DNA of 64,000 bases from Planctomycetaceae bacterium (GTDB lineage Bacteria; Planctomycetota; Planctomycetia; Planctomycetales; Planctomycetaceae), in the NCBI GenBank assembly GCA_046160425.1, contig JBJXGP010000363.1:1061-65060 (forward strand). Reading direction: 5' to 3'. The position numbers and the translations under genes were made by a program. The notes beneath the pieces were generated by a model that had not been told where the DNA came from, ran no database searches, and saw only the letters and a list, made by a program, of their open reading frames with translations. This document shows, piece by piece, positions 45,404 to 56,499 of this stretch. Within the stretch, counting starts at the first letter, position 1, and every line of letters begins with the position of its first letter.

Positions 45404-48232
45404 GTGACGCAATCACGTACGAAAGAACCGACTCCCGCCGAGAAAGAGACCAAGATTCGTCTCTTTACCCTGGCAAAGGAACTCGGACTCGACAGCAAAG
45501 AGCTGATCAAGTACTGCAATGAGGCCGGCATCCAGGTCAAAGCATCTGTCCTGGCGAGTATCACCCCCGACGAACGGGATATTGTCCTTCAATATCTGGA
45601 GACACAGCGCAAGACGTCCCCCGCCGCTCCCGGGCCGGACGAGGCTCAGAAATCCCCGCAGCGCGATCGCGCTGCGGAATTCGTCGGCAAGATCCGCTCG
45701 ATCAAAACGATGGCTCCCCGGATGGTCAGCCCCAAACCGATTCAACCCAAGGGGGCCGATTCGACCGCACAACCGGGTGACGAGACTGACGTGACCGAAG
45801 ACGACGGCGGCGAATCCAGAGTCGACGAGTCCGTGGCGGAATCGCCTGCGGCTCGCGACACCGGTACTCCGGCGGGATTGGCTTCCGACGCGCCGATCGT
45901 CTCGCCGCGCGCGACCCCATTGGCGGGGACTGAAACCGGATCTCCAACGGTCGGCAAATTGTCGCCGCACTCGAAAGAGGATTACGTTTCCGCCTTTGGA
46001 TCCACCGGCACGCCGATGCGAGAAATGAAACCCCGCAGTTCGTCGGCCGATCGCCGAACCAAAGAAAAAGCAAAACCATCACTTCCGGCGATCGCTGCTC
46101 CGCCGACGATGAAGCCTCCCAAGCAGAAAACGCCCAAGCCCGAAGAGGGACCGGCACAAAAACCGGATCTCCGCTTCACGGCCGAGACGATGGAACAGCA
46201 CAGCCCGCTCGCCGCACACCTCAAAAAGCATACCGAAAAGAAAAAGCGAGACGACGAGTTGCTGGGTGAAGCGGAGCCGCGCCGCGGCGGGACCAAGATC
46301 GGCAGTACCGATTTAGCGGATTCGAGACAACAAAGACGAGAAAAACGGCGTCTGGCTCGTCCAGCCCAGGCCACCGAAGAAGAAGAAGCGATTCCTCAGC
46401 GCGGGGTTGCGGCGCCCCGCCGACGGCGGCTCAAACCGCAGTCCAGTTCCTTCACCAAGACCTCCGCTGAAGTCGATCTGCCGATCACCGTCCGCAGCCT
46501 TTCGGAAGCGATGGGACGGACGGCGAAGATTCTGCTCCAGACGCTGTTCAATCAAGGCCAAATGGCTACGATCAATACCACGCTGGCCGAAGAAGTCGCT
46601 CAGGAGTTGGCGCTGGAACTCGGTGTCGATCTCGTCATTCGTCGCCCCAAATCACTTGAAGAGACTCTCTTGGAATCCGTACAAACCGAAGATGACCCGG
46701 CCGATCTCGTCACGCGCTCCCCCATCATCACCATCCTGGGACACGTCGACCACGGCAAAACGACCCTGCTCGACAAGATACGCTCGGCCAACGTGGCGGC
46801 CGGCGAAGCGGGTGGCATCACTCAGCATATCGCCGCGTACCAGGTCGAACATCACGGTCAGAAAATCACGTTTGTCGATACCCCCGGTCACGCGGCCTTC
46901 GGCGAAATGCGCGCTCGCGGGGCCAACGTCACCGATATCGTCGTGCTTGTGGTCGCGGCGGATGACGGCGTCATGCCGCAAACCGTCGAATGCATCAGCC
47001 ATGCCAAAGCGGCGGGAGTCCCCATGGTCGTGGCGATGAACAAAATCGACAAGCCGAGCGCCAACGAACAGAAAGTCCTTCAGGAACTGGCCACGCATAA
47101 CGTTCTCGCGGTCGAGTGGGGTGGCGATACCGAAGTCGTCCGTACGTCGGCCACGACCGGAAAAGGGATCGAGCAGTTGCTCGAAACGTTGCTGCTCACC
47201 GCCGAATTGAACGAACTGAAAGCCAATGTCCAGCGTCCCGCCAGCGGCGTTTGTCTCGAAGCCTTCCGCGATGAAGGCCGCGGCAACATCGCCTGGATGA
47301 TGGTTCGCCAGGGGACGCTGCGCATCGGTGATTTCGTTCTCTGCGGACCGGCCTGCGGACGCATTCGATCCATGTACAACGACCGCGATCAGGAACTATC
47401 GGAAGCGGGTCCGTCGACCCCGGTCAAAGTCGCCGGTCTCGATTCGATCCCCGGCGCGGGAGATATTTTTACGGTCGTCCAGGATCTCGATGCGGCCCGC
47501 GAAGTCGCCGGTGACCGCCGCGACAAAGGGCGAACGGATTCGATTGCCCGTCAGCGCGGCGGCGGACCGCGCACGCTGGAAGACATTCTCGCCACCGCTC
47601 GCGGCGGGATCGCACAAGACCTTCCGCTGATCATCAAGGCCGATACGCTCGGCTCGATCGAAGCCCTGCGCAGCGAACTGGGACGGTTTGAACATCCGGA
47701 AGTTCGCGTCAAACTGCTGCACGACGGCGTGGGGGGAGTCAACGAAAGCGACGTGACGCTGGCAAGCGCATCGGGGGCGATCATCGTCGCCTTCCACGTC
47801 ATCCCCGAAGACCGTGCTCAAATGCTCGCCGAACAGTTGGGAGTCGACATCCGGCGTTACAACATCATTTACGAAGTCATCGACGACATCAAGCTGGCGC
47901 TGGAAGGGATGCTCACTCCCGAGCGGGTCCAGGTTCCGACCGGACGCGCCATCGTGCTGCGAACATTCCATATTTCCCGGTACGGTACGGTTGCGGGATG
48001 CCGCGTGCTCAACGGCACGATCGAACGCAACAATCAGATTCGCGTGATCCGGGATCAAAAGCTGTTGAACGAATACCCGATTGCCTCGTTGAAGCGCGAA
48101 AAGGACGATGCCCGTGAAGTTCGCGAAGGGATGGAATGCGGGATTCGCATCGATGGATTCAACGACGTCAAAGAAGGAGATTTGCTGGAGGCTTACCGCG
48201 TCGAAGAAATCAAGCGCAAACTCGAACCGTAA
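45404..48232 (+). CDS. infB: translation initiation factor IF-2
   Basis: N-terminal ...[29 protein letters not shown]..., G domain [17 protein letters not shown]...DTPGHAAF...NKIDK. Start placed at GTG 45404, with AGAGG 8 nt upstream; the ORF track starts at 45311. Confidence 0.9.
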   Translation: MTQSRTKEPTPAEKETKIRLFTLAKELGLDSKELIKYCNEAGIQVKASVLASITPDERDIVLQYLETQRKTSPAAPGPDEAQKSPQRDRAAEFVGKIRSIKTMAPRMVSPKPIQPKGADSTAQPGDETDVTEDDGGESRVDESVAESPAARDTGTPAGLASDAPIVSPRATPLAGTETGSPTVGKLSPHSKEDYVSAFGSTGTPMREMKPRSSSADRRTKEKAKPSLPAIAAPPTMKPPKQKTPKPEEGPAQKPDLRFTAETMEQHSPLAAHLKKHTEKKKRDDELLGEAEPRRGGTKIGSTDLADSRQQRREKRRLARPAQATEEEEAIPQRGVAAPRRRRLKPQSSSFTKTSAEVDLPITVRSLSEAMGRTAKILLQTLFNQGQMATINTTLAEEVAQELALELGVDLVIRRPKSLEETLLESVQTEDDPADLVTRSPIITILGHVDHGKTTLLDKIRSANVAAGEAGGITQHIAAYQVEHHGQKITFVDTPGHAAFGEMRARGANVTDIVVLVVAADDGVMPQTVECISHAKAAGVPMVVAMNKIDKPSANEQKVLQELATHNVLAVEWGGDTEVVRTSATTGKGIEQLLETLLLTAELNELKANVQRPASGVCLEAFRDEGRGNIAWMMVRQGTLRIGDFVLCGPACGRIRSMYNDRDQELSEAGPSTPVKVAGLDSIPGAGDIFTVVQDLDAAREVAGDRRDKGRTDSIARQRGGGPRTLEDILATARGGIAQDLPLIIKADTLGSIEALRSELGRFEHPEVRVKLLHDGVGGVNESDVTLASASGAIIVAFHVIPEDRAQMLAEQLGVDIRRYNIIYEVIDDIKLALEGMLTPERVQVPTGRAIVLRTFHISRYGTVAGCRVLNGTIERNNQIRVIRDQKLLNEYPIASLKREKDDAREVREGMECGIRIDGFNDVKEGDLLEAYRVEEIKRKLEP

Positions 48233-48414
48233 TCCGGTTCGCATCGCGCGACGAACGATTTCCCGTACCCGCCGGCGAACACTTTTCGTCGGGGTTTCAA
48301 GAGAGATCGGCGCGACGACCGCTGGACGACGTTACTCCAGCGGAAAAGACGATGATTCGGGCCGCCGATGGGCTGAAATTCAGGCTTCAGATACGCGAGT
48401 CAAACGCACCACGC

Positions 48415-48975
48415 ATGAGCTCACGCAGGACCGCAAAATTGGCGCATGCCATCTTGGAAACGGTCAGCACGACGATCCTGTTTAACCTCAAGGATCCTCG
48501 TGTTAAGAATGTCACCGTTTTGAATGTGGAAGTGGCCGACGATCTTCGGACCGCCAAGGTCTATGTTTCCGTCATGGGTGACGACAAATCGCAGTCGTTG
48601 TGCATGCACGGCTTGCGTTCGGCGCGGGGCTTCATTCAATCCAAACTGGCGAGCCGTCTGGATACCCGCTATACCCCGGTCCTGACGTTCATACTCGACC
48701 AAAGTCTCAAACTCAGCGCGGAAGCCGCGCGAATATTGAGAGAGGTTCTTCCCTCCGAGAATCCTCCGCTCCCCGGCGAGGAGATTTCCGATGACGCGAT
48801 GTCGAATGACGCATTCACCGACAACGATGGAAACGAACCCGATTCGGAGTCTGAGGACGCCTCGGCGGAAACTATCAATGACGTGGATGACTCACCGGAG
48901 GTCAGGCCGCCGGTCTCCTCGACGTCGACGGATTCGACACACCCTCAGCGTTCACCCCCTCCGACATCGGGCTGA
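48415..48975 (+). CDS. rbfA: ribosome-binding factor A with long acidic/Pro-rich C-terminal extension
   Basis: MSSRRTAKLAHAILETVSTTILFNLKDPRVKNVTVLNVEVADDLRTAKVYVSV...TPVLTFILD, then about 70 aa of D/E/S/P-rich tail. Confidence 0.85.
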   Translation: MSSRRTAKLAHAILETVSTTILFNLKDPRVKNVTVLNVEVADDLRTAKVYVSVMGDDKSQSLCMHGLRSARGFIQSKLASRLDTRYTPVLTFILDQSLKLSAEAARILREVLPSENPPLPGEEISDDAMSNDAFTDNDGNEPDSESEDASAETINDVDDSPEVRPPVSSTSTDSTHPQRSPPPTSG

Positions 48976-49064
48976 TACGCCTCGCAATTGCGAAAGTGTG
49001 GCGTTGGTTCCGTCGATTCTCTTCCAGTAGTTCAGTTTTCTTTCTGTAATGGACAATCGAAATT

Positions 49065-49949
49065 ATGGCCGCTACTTCTCGTCCATCCAATTCGGAGAAA
49101 CTCGAGTTTTGCAAAAAGTTGGTCACCTTTTTGAAAAAGCGCTATAAGACCCCGGTGCCGAAACTGGAAGAACCCGTTCTGCAGACCATGCTGCTGGCGG
49201 TCTGCCTGGAAAATAATACGCTCGAGCAGGCCCAGGCGGCGATCAAGCGTCTCGAAACCGATTTTCACGATCTGAATGAAGTTCGTGTCAGCTCGATTTC
49301 CGAACTCGAGACCGCCCTCAAAGATCAGTCCGATGCCGAACATCGCGCCCACCAGTTGCGCAATATCCTGCAATACGTCTTCGAGCGGAACTTCTCATTC
49401 GAGTTCGAATCGTTCCGCAAGAAGAACGTCGAACAGGCGACCAAGATCCTCAACAAGATTCGCAATCTGTCGGGGTTCTGCAAATCGTACATCATGCAGC
49501 ACACGCTCGGCTCGCATATCGTGCCGCTCGACCGCCAGATGACCGGCTCGCTGATCTGGCTGGGGGTTCTCGAAAAGGGGACTTCGACTGATGCCGGTTC
49601 GGAAGCCATCAAATCGTGCATTCGCAAATCGGACGCGGCCGACTTCTGCCATTTTCTCCGCTATCTCGGCAATGAAGAAAAACTCAAGCCGTATTTCCAT
49701 AAAGCGGCCACGACGCACTCGGGCGAGGCTTTCACGCTGCACGACGCACTCCATCGCTTGACCGATTTGTTCGAGACCTCAAAGCACCCGCCGAAAACTG
49801 TCGAACGCAAGAAACTCGTCAAGAAACCGACGGTCAAAGCCGCCAAACCCAGACGCCCGGCGACCGGCGCTGGCGCTCATAAAAAGGTGTCTAAAAAGGC
49901 GACTCCCGCGAAAAAAGTCGCCGTGAAGCGAACCGTCAAGAAGAAATAG
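49065..49949 (+). CDS. endonuclease III-like (HhH-GPD superfamily-like) domain protein with Lys/Ala/Pro-rich histone-H1-like tail
   Basis: PVLQTMLLAVCLENNTLEQAQAAIKRLETDF...LNEVRVSSISELETALK...ILNKIRNLSGFCKSYIMQHTLG...VPLDRQMTGSLIWLGVL follows the EndoIII helix pattern by eye. I see no Fe-S Cys cluster. The C-terminus is KKLVKKPTVKAAKPRRPATGAGAHKKVSKKATPAKKVAVKRTVKKK. Confidence 0.45.
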   Translation: MAATSRPSNSEKLEFCKKLVTFLKKRYKTPVPKLEEPVLQTMLLAVCLENNTLEQAQAAIKRLETDFHDLNEVRVSSISELETALKDQSDAEHRAHQLRNILQYVFERNFSFEFESFRKKNVEQATKILNKIRNLSGFCKSYIMQHTLGSHIVPLDRQMTGSLIWLGVLEKGTSTDAGSEAIKSCIRKSDAADFCHFLRYLGNEEKLKPYFHKAATTHSGEAFTLHDALHRLTDLFETSKHPPKTVERKKLVKKPTVKAAKPRRPATGAGAHKKVSKKATPAKKVAVKRTVKKK

Positions 49950-50244
49950 AACTGCCGATGACGGGAAATTGAATGTGGATCGATCGAGAGATGCTTGGCC
50001 TCTGCTCCCGGGATGGCCGGAAGGTGTCGACGGGAATGGCTTGTTTGATCCACGAACTCGCATGATTCTTCGGGGAATATGCGTTGCGACAATTTCCCGG
50101 ATCGACTTCACATCCGAAAACCTCCCTTGGTCTTCAATAGCTTTATCGAGTAGAATGGCAGGCAGAGTCATCGGGAGTCCGCTTGTGGCCGGCGCGTGAA
50201 TCGAAACTTCGTTGCCGTCACTTTTTTCAGTCGGAGAGACAGAC

Positions 50245-52557
50245 ATGCATCGACTATGCCGGTTCGTCGCGGAATATCGCCTTCCTGCGCAATCTCTCAC
50301 CCGCGAAGTTCATTGGTGTCGCTCGTGCGTGCCGTACCACGCAATGATCGCAATTTGCTTCTCGTGGGTTTCCCTCGCGGCATTCTCCCAGGAGATCGAA
50401 ACCGCCGCTAAGGAAGAAGAGCCGGCTCCTCCCGTTGCTGAAACTCCAGATGCCTCGGCGAAGAAGAAGTCGCTCCCGCCGTTGCAGGATGCCGATGACG
50501 TCACCGAGCCGCTCAATCCCAAGAACCCGCCGAAACCGGAAGACGCACAGCGAGTGAGTTCGGCTGCCTGGTATATGGCCGGTCGACTGCTGGAATCCCG
50601 CAACGATTTCAACGGCGCATTAGCGGCGTATAAGAAAGCGGTGGAAATGAATCCGCGGGCGATTGAAGCGTACCGCTCGCTGATCCCGCTGGCCTACAGT
50701 TTGAATCAGCCGGCCGATGCCTTGAAGTACGCGATGATGGCCATTGAAGTCGATCCGGACGATTACCAGATGATGCATCGCCTGGGGGTGCAGCTCGCCT
50801 CCGAACGAAAAATCCCCGACTCCATCCGGATTCTGGAAAAGGCCCTGCTGTCGAAGCGTCTTGCGCACGACTCCGCCGATTTCGTCAACCTGCATCGCGA
50901 TCTCGCATTCCTGTACGAAGAGACTCAGCAGATCGAACAAGCGGCAAGCAGTTTCGAAAAAGTCTTCGACGCTTTGAAGCAGCCTCTCAAATATCATCTC
51001 GACTCGGAGCAGCGCGACATCCTCCTCAAGGATGCCACCCAGACCTACGAACACCTCGGCGATATTTTCCTGAAAGCCAAGCGGACCGAACTCGCCATTC
51101 AGGCTTATCAAAAGGGTGGCGAAGCGAGCGGCAAGAAGCCGAGCAACCTGCATTACAATCTCGCGCAGGTTTACCGTCAGACACAGCAGCCCGAACAGGC
51201 ATTGGCCGAACTCCAGCAGTACCTCGATGCGAAACAGCACTCGAAGGGTAAAGAAGCCTATCAGCTTCTCAGCGACATATTGACCGATCTGAACCGGCAA
51301 CCCGAGTTGATTCCGTTGCTCGAATCGCATTATTCAAAGGACGAGAAGAACAAGTCGCTGCAATATTTCCTTGCCTCTCAATACGTTGCTGCGGACAAGC
51401 TGACCGAAGCCGAGGCTCTATACCAAAAGTCTCTCAACAATGCCGTCGATTCCGAAGCCTATGCAGGACTCGCCGGAATTTACCGTCGGCAGCAGAAGCC
51501 GGCGGAACTGCTCATCGTCCTGAGCAAGGCGATTCAATCGCAAGAGGGACTGGAACTTCTCCAGCAGGAATTGGAAATCATTGCCAAGGATCTCCCCCTG
51601 ATGGAGGGCCTGATCAAGGCAGGACGAGAAGCGGCGACCGGAGACAATCCCACGCTCGATTTCGGCGGAAGCCTGATCCTCGCCAAACTCGCCGCAGAAG
51701 TGAAACAAACAGACGCCGCGATTGAATTCTATCGATTTGCGATTCAGGCGCGGGCCGATCGCGCGGCGGTGTTGTACGAGGAACTCGGCAATCACCTGAT
51801 GCAAGTGGATCGCAACGCGGACGCCGTCAAGATTTTTCAGGAAGCGGTTAACGACGCGGGTCTGGCGAACGCGCGACCCAATTTCCAGTATAAACTGTCT
51901 CAGGCCCTGGAAATGAACGGCGAGACCGACGCGGCGCTCGAGGCCATCCGCGAGGCTCAGAAAGAGATACCCGATCATCCGCTGCTCAAGTATCAGGAAG
52001 GCTGGATCAACTACCATGCCCGCCGCTGGGATGAAGCGATCCCTCATTTCGAAAAGGTGATTGCGCAGAATTCCGATCCGAAGTTCGTTCGGCTGAGCCA
52101 GCTCAGTCTCTCGAATGTGTACGTCCTGCAGGGAGACATCGGTAAAGGGGAAGCGATCCTCGAGAAAGTCTTCGCCGAAGATCCCGAAGATCCGTCAATC
52201 AATAATGATCTAGGCTATCTGTACGCCGATCAGGGGAAGAACCTCGAGCAGGCGGAGCAAATGATTCGCAAGGCAATCGCCGTCGATCCCGACAACGCCG
52301 CTTATCTCGACAGCCTGGGATGGGTTCTCTTTAAGTTGAACAAGTTTGAAGAAGCATTTCCACACTTGGAGAAAGCGGCCGCGGCCCCGGGTGGCGGCGA
52401 TGCCACGATCTGGGAACACCTGGGAGACTGCCAGCAGAAACTGGGCCGAGACGCCGATGCCCAGACGTCGTGGAAGAAGTCCCTCGAATCGACCGAGAAG
52501 GAAAAATTCCCCGACGAGAAACTGATTCAGAGATTGCGCGAGAAGATCAAACCGTAA
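50245..52557 (+). CDS. large tetratricopeptide-repeat protein
   Basis: An N-terminal hydrophobic segment, then more than 10 TPR-like units (e.g. NGALAAYKKAVEMNPRAIEAYRSL and AAYLDSLGWVLFKLNKFEEAFPHLEKA). The start is uncertain (ATG 50245 versus TTG 50212). Confidence 0.75.
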   Translation: MHRLCRFVAEYRLPAQSLTREVHWCRSCVPYHAMIAICFSWVSLAAFSQEIETAAKEEEPAPPVAETPDASAKKKSLPPLQDADDVTEPLNPKNPPKPEDAQRVSSAAWYMAGRLLESRNDFNGALAAYKKAVEMNPRAIEAYRSLIPLAYSLNQPADALKYAMMAIEVDPDDYQMMHRLGVQLASERKIPDSIRILEKALLSKRLAHDSADFVNLHRDLAFLYEETQQIEQAASSFEKVFDALKQPLKYHLDSEQRDILLKDATQTYEHLGDIFLKAKRTELAIQAYQKGGEASGKKPSNLHYNLAQVYRQTQQPEQALAELQQYLDAKQHSKGKEAYQLLSDILTDLNRQPELIPLLESHYSKDEKNKSLQYFLASQYVAADKLTEAEALYQKSLNNAVDSEAYAGLAGIYRRQQKPAELLIVLSKAIQSQEGLELLQQELEIIAKDLPLMEGLIKAGREAATGDNPTLDFGGSLILAKLAAEVKQTDAAIEFYRFAIQARADRAAVLYEELGNHLMQVDRNADAVKIFQEAVNDAGLANARPNFQYKLSQALEMNGETDAALEAIREAQKEIPDHPLLKYQEGWINYHARRWDEAIPHFEKVIAQNSDPKFVRLSQLSLSNVYVLQGDIGKGEAILEKVFAEDPEDPSINNDLGYLYADQGKNLEQAEQMIRKAIAVDPDNAAYLDSLGWVLFKLNKFEEAFPHLEKAAAAPGGGDATIWEHLGDCQQKLGRDADAQTSWKKSLESTEKEKFPDEKLIQRLREKIKP

Positions 52558-52564
52558 CGGGTGA

Positions 52565-52661
52565 CACTGGCGGCTAGCCCGCCAGTGTGATGAACATGAA
52601 TAGCAACCGGCGAAGCAGAGCTTCGAAGACTTGCGTTCCCAAGCGGAGCTTGGGAACGAGG
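52565..52661 (+). repeat. composite intergenic repeat: hairpin A + double-hairpin B
   Basis: CACTGGCGGCTAGCCCGCCAGTG ... GGCGAAGCAGAGCTTCGAAGACTTGCGTTCCCAAGCGGAGCTTGGGAACGAGG. It starts 8 nt after the TPR gene stop. Confidence 0.85.
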
Positions 52662-52742
52662 TGAGTCAGCAAAAAAAGATACCTAATTATCATCGGGATG
52701 CGATATATCCATCCCGGCATCACGTAGAAATCGAGAGTTGAT

Positions 52743-53498
52743 ATGGCAGGGCATTCACATTGGGCGAATATCGCCAACAAGAAGGGAGTCGCGGATAAAC
52801 GGAAAGGAAAGCTGTTCGGCAAACTCAGCCGGGCGATCATCGTGGCCTGCCACCACGGCGGCGGCGATCCCGATTCGAATCTCGCCCTTCGCTATGCTAT
52901 CGATAAAGCCCGCAAGAACAGCATGCCCAAAGACAACATCGAACGAGCCATCAAAAAAGGTTGCGGCGAGTCGAGCGGCGAACAATACGCGGAAATCCTC
53001 TATGAAGGTTACGGACCGTCGGGCGTGGCGGTCATCTGCGAAATCCTGACCGAAAATCGCAACCGGACGGCGGGTGAAATCCGCAAGATCTTCGAAGTCA
53101 ACGGCGGAAACCTCGGCAGCACCGGCTGCGTCGCCTGGATGTTCGAACGCAAAGGACTGTTTCTCGTTCCGGCTCAAAATGTCACCGAAGACCAACTGTT
53201 CGAAGTGGCTCTCGACGCGGGGGCCGACGATGTGAAAGCCGCGGGCGAATCGTTTGAAGTGACGTGCGGCGTCGACCGTTTTCAGGCGGTGTCGCTGGCC
53301 CTCGAACAGAACAAGATCCCCATCGACCTCGCTGAAGTGACGCGCATCCCGCTCAACACGGTCGAACTCGACGTCGAAAAGGGACGCCAGGTCTTGAAAT
53401 TGCTCGAAATCCTGGAAGATAACGACGACGTGCAAAGCGTCACCGCCAATTACAATATTCCGGATGCGGTCATGGCTGAAGTCATGGCCGGTTCGTGA
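52743..53498 (+). CDS. YebC/PmpR family DNA-binding transcriptional regulator
   Basis: MAGHSHWANIANKKGVADKRKGKLFGKLSRAIIVA...YEGYGPSGVAVI... is the canonical YebC pattern. Confidence 0.9.
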   Translation: MAGHSHWANIANKKGVADKRKGKLFGKLSRAIIVACHHGGGDPDSNLALRYAIDKARKNSMPKDNIERAIKKGCGESSGEQYAEILYEGYGPSGVAVICEILTENRNRTAGEIRKIFEVNGGNLGSTGCVAWMFERKGLFLVPAQNVTEDQLFEVALDAGADDVKAAGESFEVTCGVDRFQAVSLALEQNKIPIDLAEVTRIPLNTVELDVEKGRQVLKLLEILEDNDDVQSVTANYNIPDAVMAEVMAGS

Positions 53499-53561
53499 TC
53501 CTCCCGCTCACCGTTCAATCTTTTGCTTTCCGGTTTTTCTTCTTCGTTGCAGGCGGTCACT

Positions 53562-54674
53562 ATGGTGCGTCAATCGGTCATTCACGGAGAGGGTGACGAA
53601 GACGACGATGAGCAGCACGATGCCGTCCCTCCCGAACGTCCCGTCGATCCCGAAACACAACTCAATGAGGAAATGCGCCCGCAGCGGCTCAAGGACGTCG
53701 TGGGCCAGCGCAAGGTCATCGAACGCCTGAAGATCATCCTCGATGCCGCCATCAAGCGTAACGAACCGCTGGGGCATTTGCTGTTCGATGGACCGCCGGG
53801 TTTGGGGAAAACGACCCTCGCGACCGTGCTCCCGCGCGAACTGGGGGTCGACGTGCAGATCGCCTCAGGACCGACGCTCAAAGCTCCTAAGGATTTGCTC
53901 TCGTATCTCACCAATGCCAGCCGGGGCTCGGTTCTGTTCATCGACGAAATCCATCGGCTGCCGCCGGCGGTCGAAGAATTCATTTACCCCGCGATGGAAG
54001 ATTTTCGCGTCGATATCACGCTGGGCGAAGGGCTTAATGCGCGAACGATCAATCTCAAGCTGCAGCCGTTCACACTCATCGGGGCCACCACGCGCAGCGG
54101 GATGCTGACCGCCCCGCTGCGCGATCGCTTCGTGCATCGCGAACATCTCGATTTTTACGATCTCGATGAACTCTCGGAAATCGTCACGCGAAACGCGGTC
54201 AAGTTGCGGACGAAGTTGACGAGAGAGTCGTCCGACGAAATCGCCAAACGGAGCCGGGGAACGCCGCGAAAGGCGAACAATCTCTTGTACTGGATTCGCG
54301 ACTTCGCCGAACACCACAATGCGACCCATGAGATTCCCGTCGATATCGTCCACGCGGCTTTGCGGATGAAAGAGATCGACGAACTCGGTCTCGATCATCA
54401 GGACCGGCGCTACTTGACCGCATTGGTCCACGTGTTTCAGGGGGGGCCGGCGGGATTGCAGGCCCTCGCGCATACATTGAACATCTCGCCCGATACGCTG
54501 GAAGATGAAGTCGAACCGTTTCTGCTGCGCTGCGGTTTCATTCAGCGGACTCCGCGCGGACGGATGATTTCCGTCGCGGCATTGGAGCACATGCACTTGA
54601 CGCTCCCTGAAAATAAAACCGGGGATAAAAAGTCCGTTGAATCGCCCGATGACCGTCAACCGCGCCTGTTTTGA
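53562..54674 (+). CDS. ruvB: Holliday junction branch migration DNA helicase RuvB
   Basis: [23 protein letters not shown]...[15 protein letters not shown]...LFIDEIHRL...[17 protein letters not shown]... Confidence 0.9.
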   Translation: MVRQSVIHGEGDEDDDEQHDAVPPERPVDPETQLNEEMRPQRLKDVVGQRKVIERLKIILDAAIKRNEPLGHLLFDGPPGLGKTTLATVLPRELGVDVQIASGPTLKAPKDLLSYLTNASRGSVLFIDEIHRLPPAVEEFIYPAMEDFRVDITLGEGLNARTINLKLQPFTLIGATTRSGMLTAPLRDRFVHREHLDFYDLDELSEIVTRNAVKLRTKLTRESSDEIAKRSRGTPRKANNLLYWIRDFAEHHNATHEIPVDIVHAALRMKEIDELGLDHQDRRYLTALVHVFQGGPAGLQALAHTLNISPDTLEDEVEPFLLRCGFIQRTPRGRMISVAALEHMHLTLPENKTGDKKSVESPDDRQPRLF

Positions 54675-54794
54675 GCGAGTTGGACGGCGTCGTGGCAACG
54701 GATCATTTCAATTGCATCCGGCAGTCAATATACTGCCGCTCGGGCTGCGAAATTCGACAATGTCCTTACTCTCGAAATTGATGCTGTTCTCGCT

Positions 54795-55616
54795 ATGAAA
54801 TTCATGGATCATCTGGAACGCTATTTCGGCGCATTCGCCATTCCGAATCTGGCGTGGGTTCTGGTCTCCGGCCAGGCCGTCGGCATGTACCTGGGGATGA
54901 CGCAGAATCCGCTGATCGATCAATGGTCTATGAGCGGCGAAAAGGTGGCACTCGGTGAATACCATCGGTTGTTTCTATTTCCGTTTCTTCCCCCCGGTTT
55001 TGGGATTCTGGTCATTTTTTGCCTGTACTTCTTTCTGCTGATGGGTACGGCGCTCGAAAACCAGTGGGGCAAATTCCGCTTCAATCTTTACATACTGATC
55101 GCCTACCTTTCGACGCTTGCGGTCGCCTTCATGATCCCGGAGGTTCAAATCGGCAGCGGATACATCGGCACCTCCGTCTTCCTGGCGTTTGCGTGGTTGT
55201 TTCCCGAATTCGTGATCATGCTGTTCTTTGTCCTTCCGGTCAAAATCAAGTATGTGGCGTTGATCACCTGGATTTATTATTTGATGGAACTCTCTTTCGG
55301 CGATTGGATGTCGCGAGGCCTGGTACTGGCCTCGATCTCGAATTTTCTGCTGTTTTTTGGCTCCGATCTGTACTACCGCGCCCGTGGGGGACACCGCTCG
55401 ATGAAGCACGCCGTCACGCAAATCAAAGCCAAGCATCAGGCGTTTCACGAATGCGCGGTCTGCGGCATCACGGAAAAAGACGACCGCAAAATGGACTTTC
55501 GCATCTGTTCGCAATGCGAAGGGAGTTACGAATACTGCGCCAATCACCTGCAAACGCACGAGCACCGTCGCCTTTCGTCGCATGTCGTCCCGGCTCGCGA
55601 AGAAACGACGACGTGA
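54795..55616 (+). CDS. polytopic membrane protein with C-terminal Cys/His zinc-finger-like motif (possibly a rhomboid/derlin-like core)
   Basis: About 6 hydrophobic segments. GEYHRLFLFPFL and LENQWGKFRFNLYIL faintly resemble rhomboid-family blocks. The C-terminus is CAVCGITEKDDRKMDFRICSQCEGSYEYCANHLQTHEH. Confidence 0.45.
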   Translation: MKFMDHLERYFGAFAIPNLAWVLVSGQAVGMYLGMTQNPLIDQWSMSGEKVALGEYHRLFLFPFLPPGFGILVIFCLYFFLLMGTALENQWGKFRFNLYILIAYLSTLAVAFMIPEVQIGSGYIGTSVFLAFAWLFPEFVIMLFFVLPVKIKYVALITWIYYLMELSFGDWMSRGLVLASISNFLLFFGSDLYYRARGGHRSMKHAVTQIKAKHQAFHECAVCGITEKDDRKMDFRICSQCEGSYEYCANHLQTHEHRRLSSHVVPAREETTT

Positions 55617-55736
55617 GTACTGTTTCGCGTGCGGATGCGACCGGTCGAATAAAAAACGAGAATTTGGCATTCGGGGCAAGATTTTTTGATCCCAATGCGT
55701 CATGATGGCGTTTACAGCTTATTGAAAAATGGGTAG

Positions 55737-55759
55737 CACTGGCGGCTCGCCCGCCAGTG
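55737..55759 (+). repeat. solo copy of hairpin repeat unit A
   Basis: CACTGGCGGCTCGCCCGCCAGTG, a perfect 9-bp stem, in the intergenic region after 54795..55616. Confidence 0.75.
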
Positions 55760-55833
55760 TGAATGAGTCGAGAGTCTTCAGACACGAATGAACCAGCCGC
55801 TACGGCAAGTCTTGGAACCGAAGGGGAAATCAA

Positions 55834-56442
55834 ATGGCCATTGGTGGATTAGCCATTGTCGCAATCGTCATCGTAGGGGGAGCGCTCCTCCTGTTCCTGT
55901 ACGCCATCGGGATCTATAACGGTCTCGTCTCACTCCGCAACCGCTTCAAAAATGCGTTTGCCCAGATCGACGTGCAACTCAAGCGGCGATACGACCTGAT
56001 CCCCAACCTGGTCGAAACCGCCAAAGGCTACATGAAGCACGAACGGGAAACGCTGGAAGCCGTCATCGCGGCCCGCAACCAGGCGGTCACCGCCGGCCAA
56101 CATGCCGCCGCTCAACCGGGCAACCCCTCGGCGATGAAAGAGTTGATGGGAGCCGAGTCGGTTCTGACGGGGACGATGTCCCGGCTGTTCGCCGTCATGG
56201 AGAGTTATCCCGACCTCAAAGCCAATCAGAACATGCTCTCCCTCCAGGAGGAACTGACCTCGACGGAGAACAAGGTTTCGTTCGCCCGGCAGGCATACAA
56301 CGACGCCGTCACCGCGTACAACACGAAGCGGGAACAAATTCCCGACGTGTTCGTCGCCAATCTCGGCGGGTTCACCGCTGCGGAATTGTTCGAAGTCACC
56401 GTCGAAGCCGAAAAAGCGGCCCCCAAGGTTTCGTTCAGTTGA
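55834..56442 (+). CDS. LemA family protein
   Basis: N-terminal TM helix, then YNGLVSLRNRFKNAFAQIDVQLKRRYDLIPNLVETAKGYMKHERETLEAV...YPDLKAN... is the canonical LemA pattern. Confidence 0.85.
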   Translation: MAIGGLAIVAIVIVGGALLLFLYAIGIYNGLVSLRNRFKNAFAQIDVQLKRRYDLIPNLVETAKGYMKHERETLEAVIAARNQAVTAGQHAAAQPGNPSAMKELMGAESVLTGTMSRLFAVMESYPDLKANQNMLSLQEELTSTENKVSFARQAYNDAVTAYNTKREQIPDVFVANLGGFTAAELFEVTVEAEKAAPKVSFS

Positions 56443-56499
56443 AACCGTAACGGCATGTTACGATTCGACCGCGGGATGAATTGAGGACTCGTCTCCATC

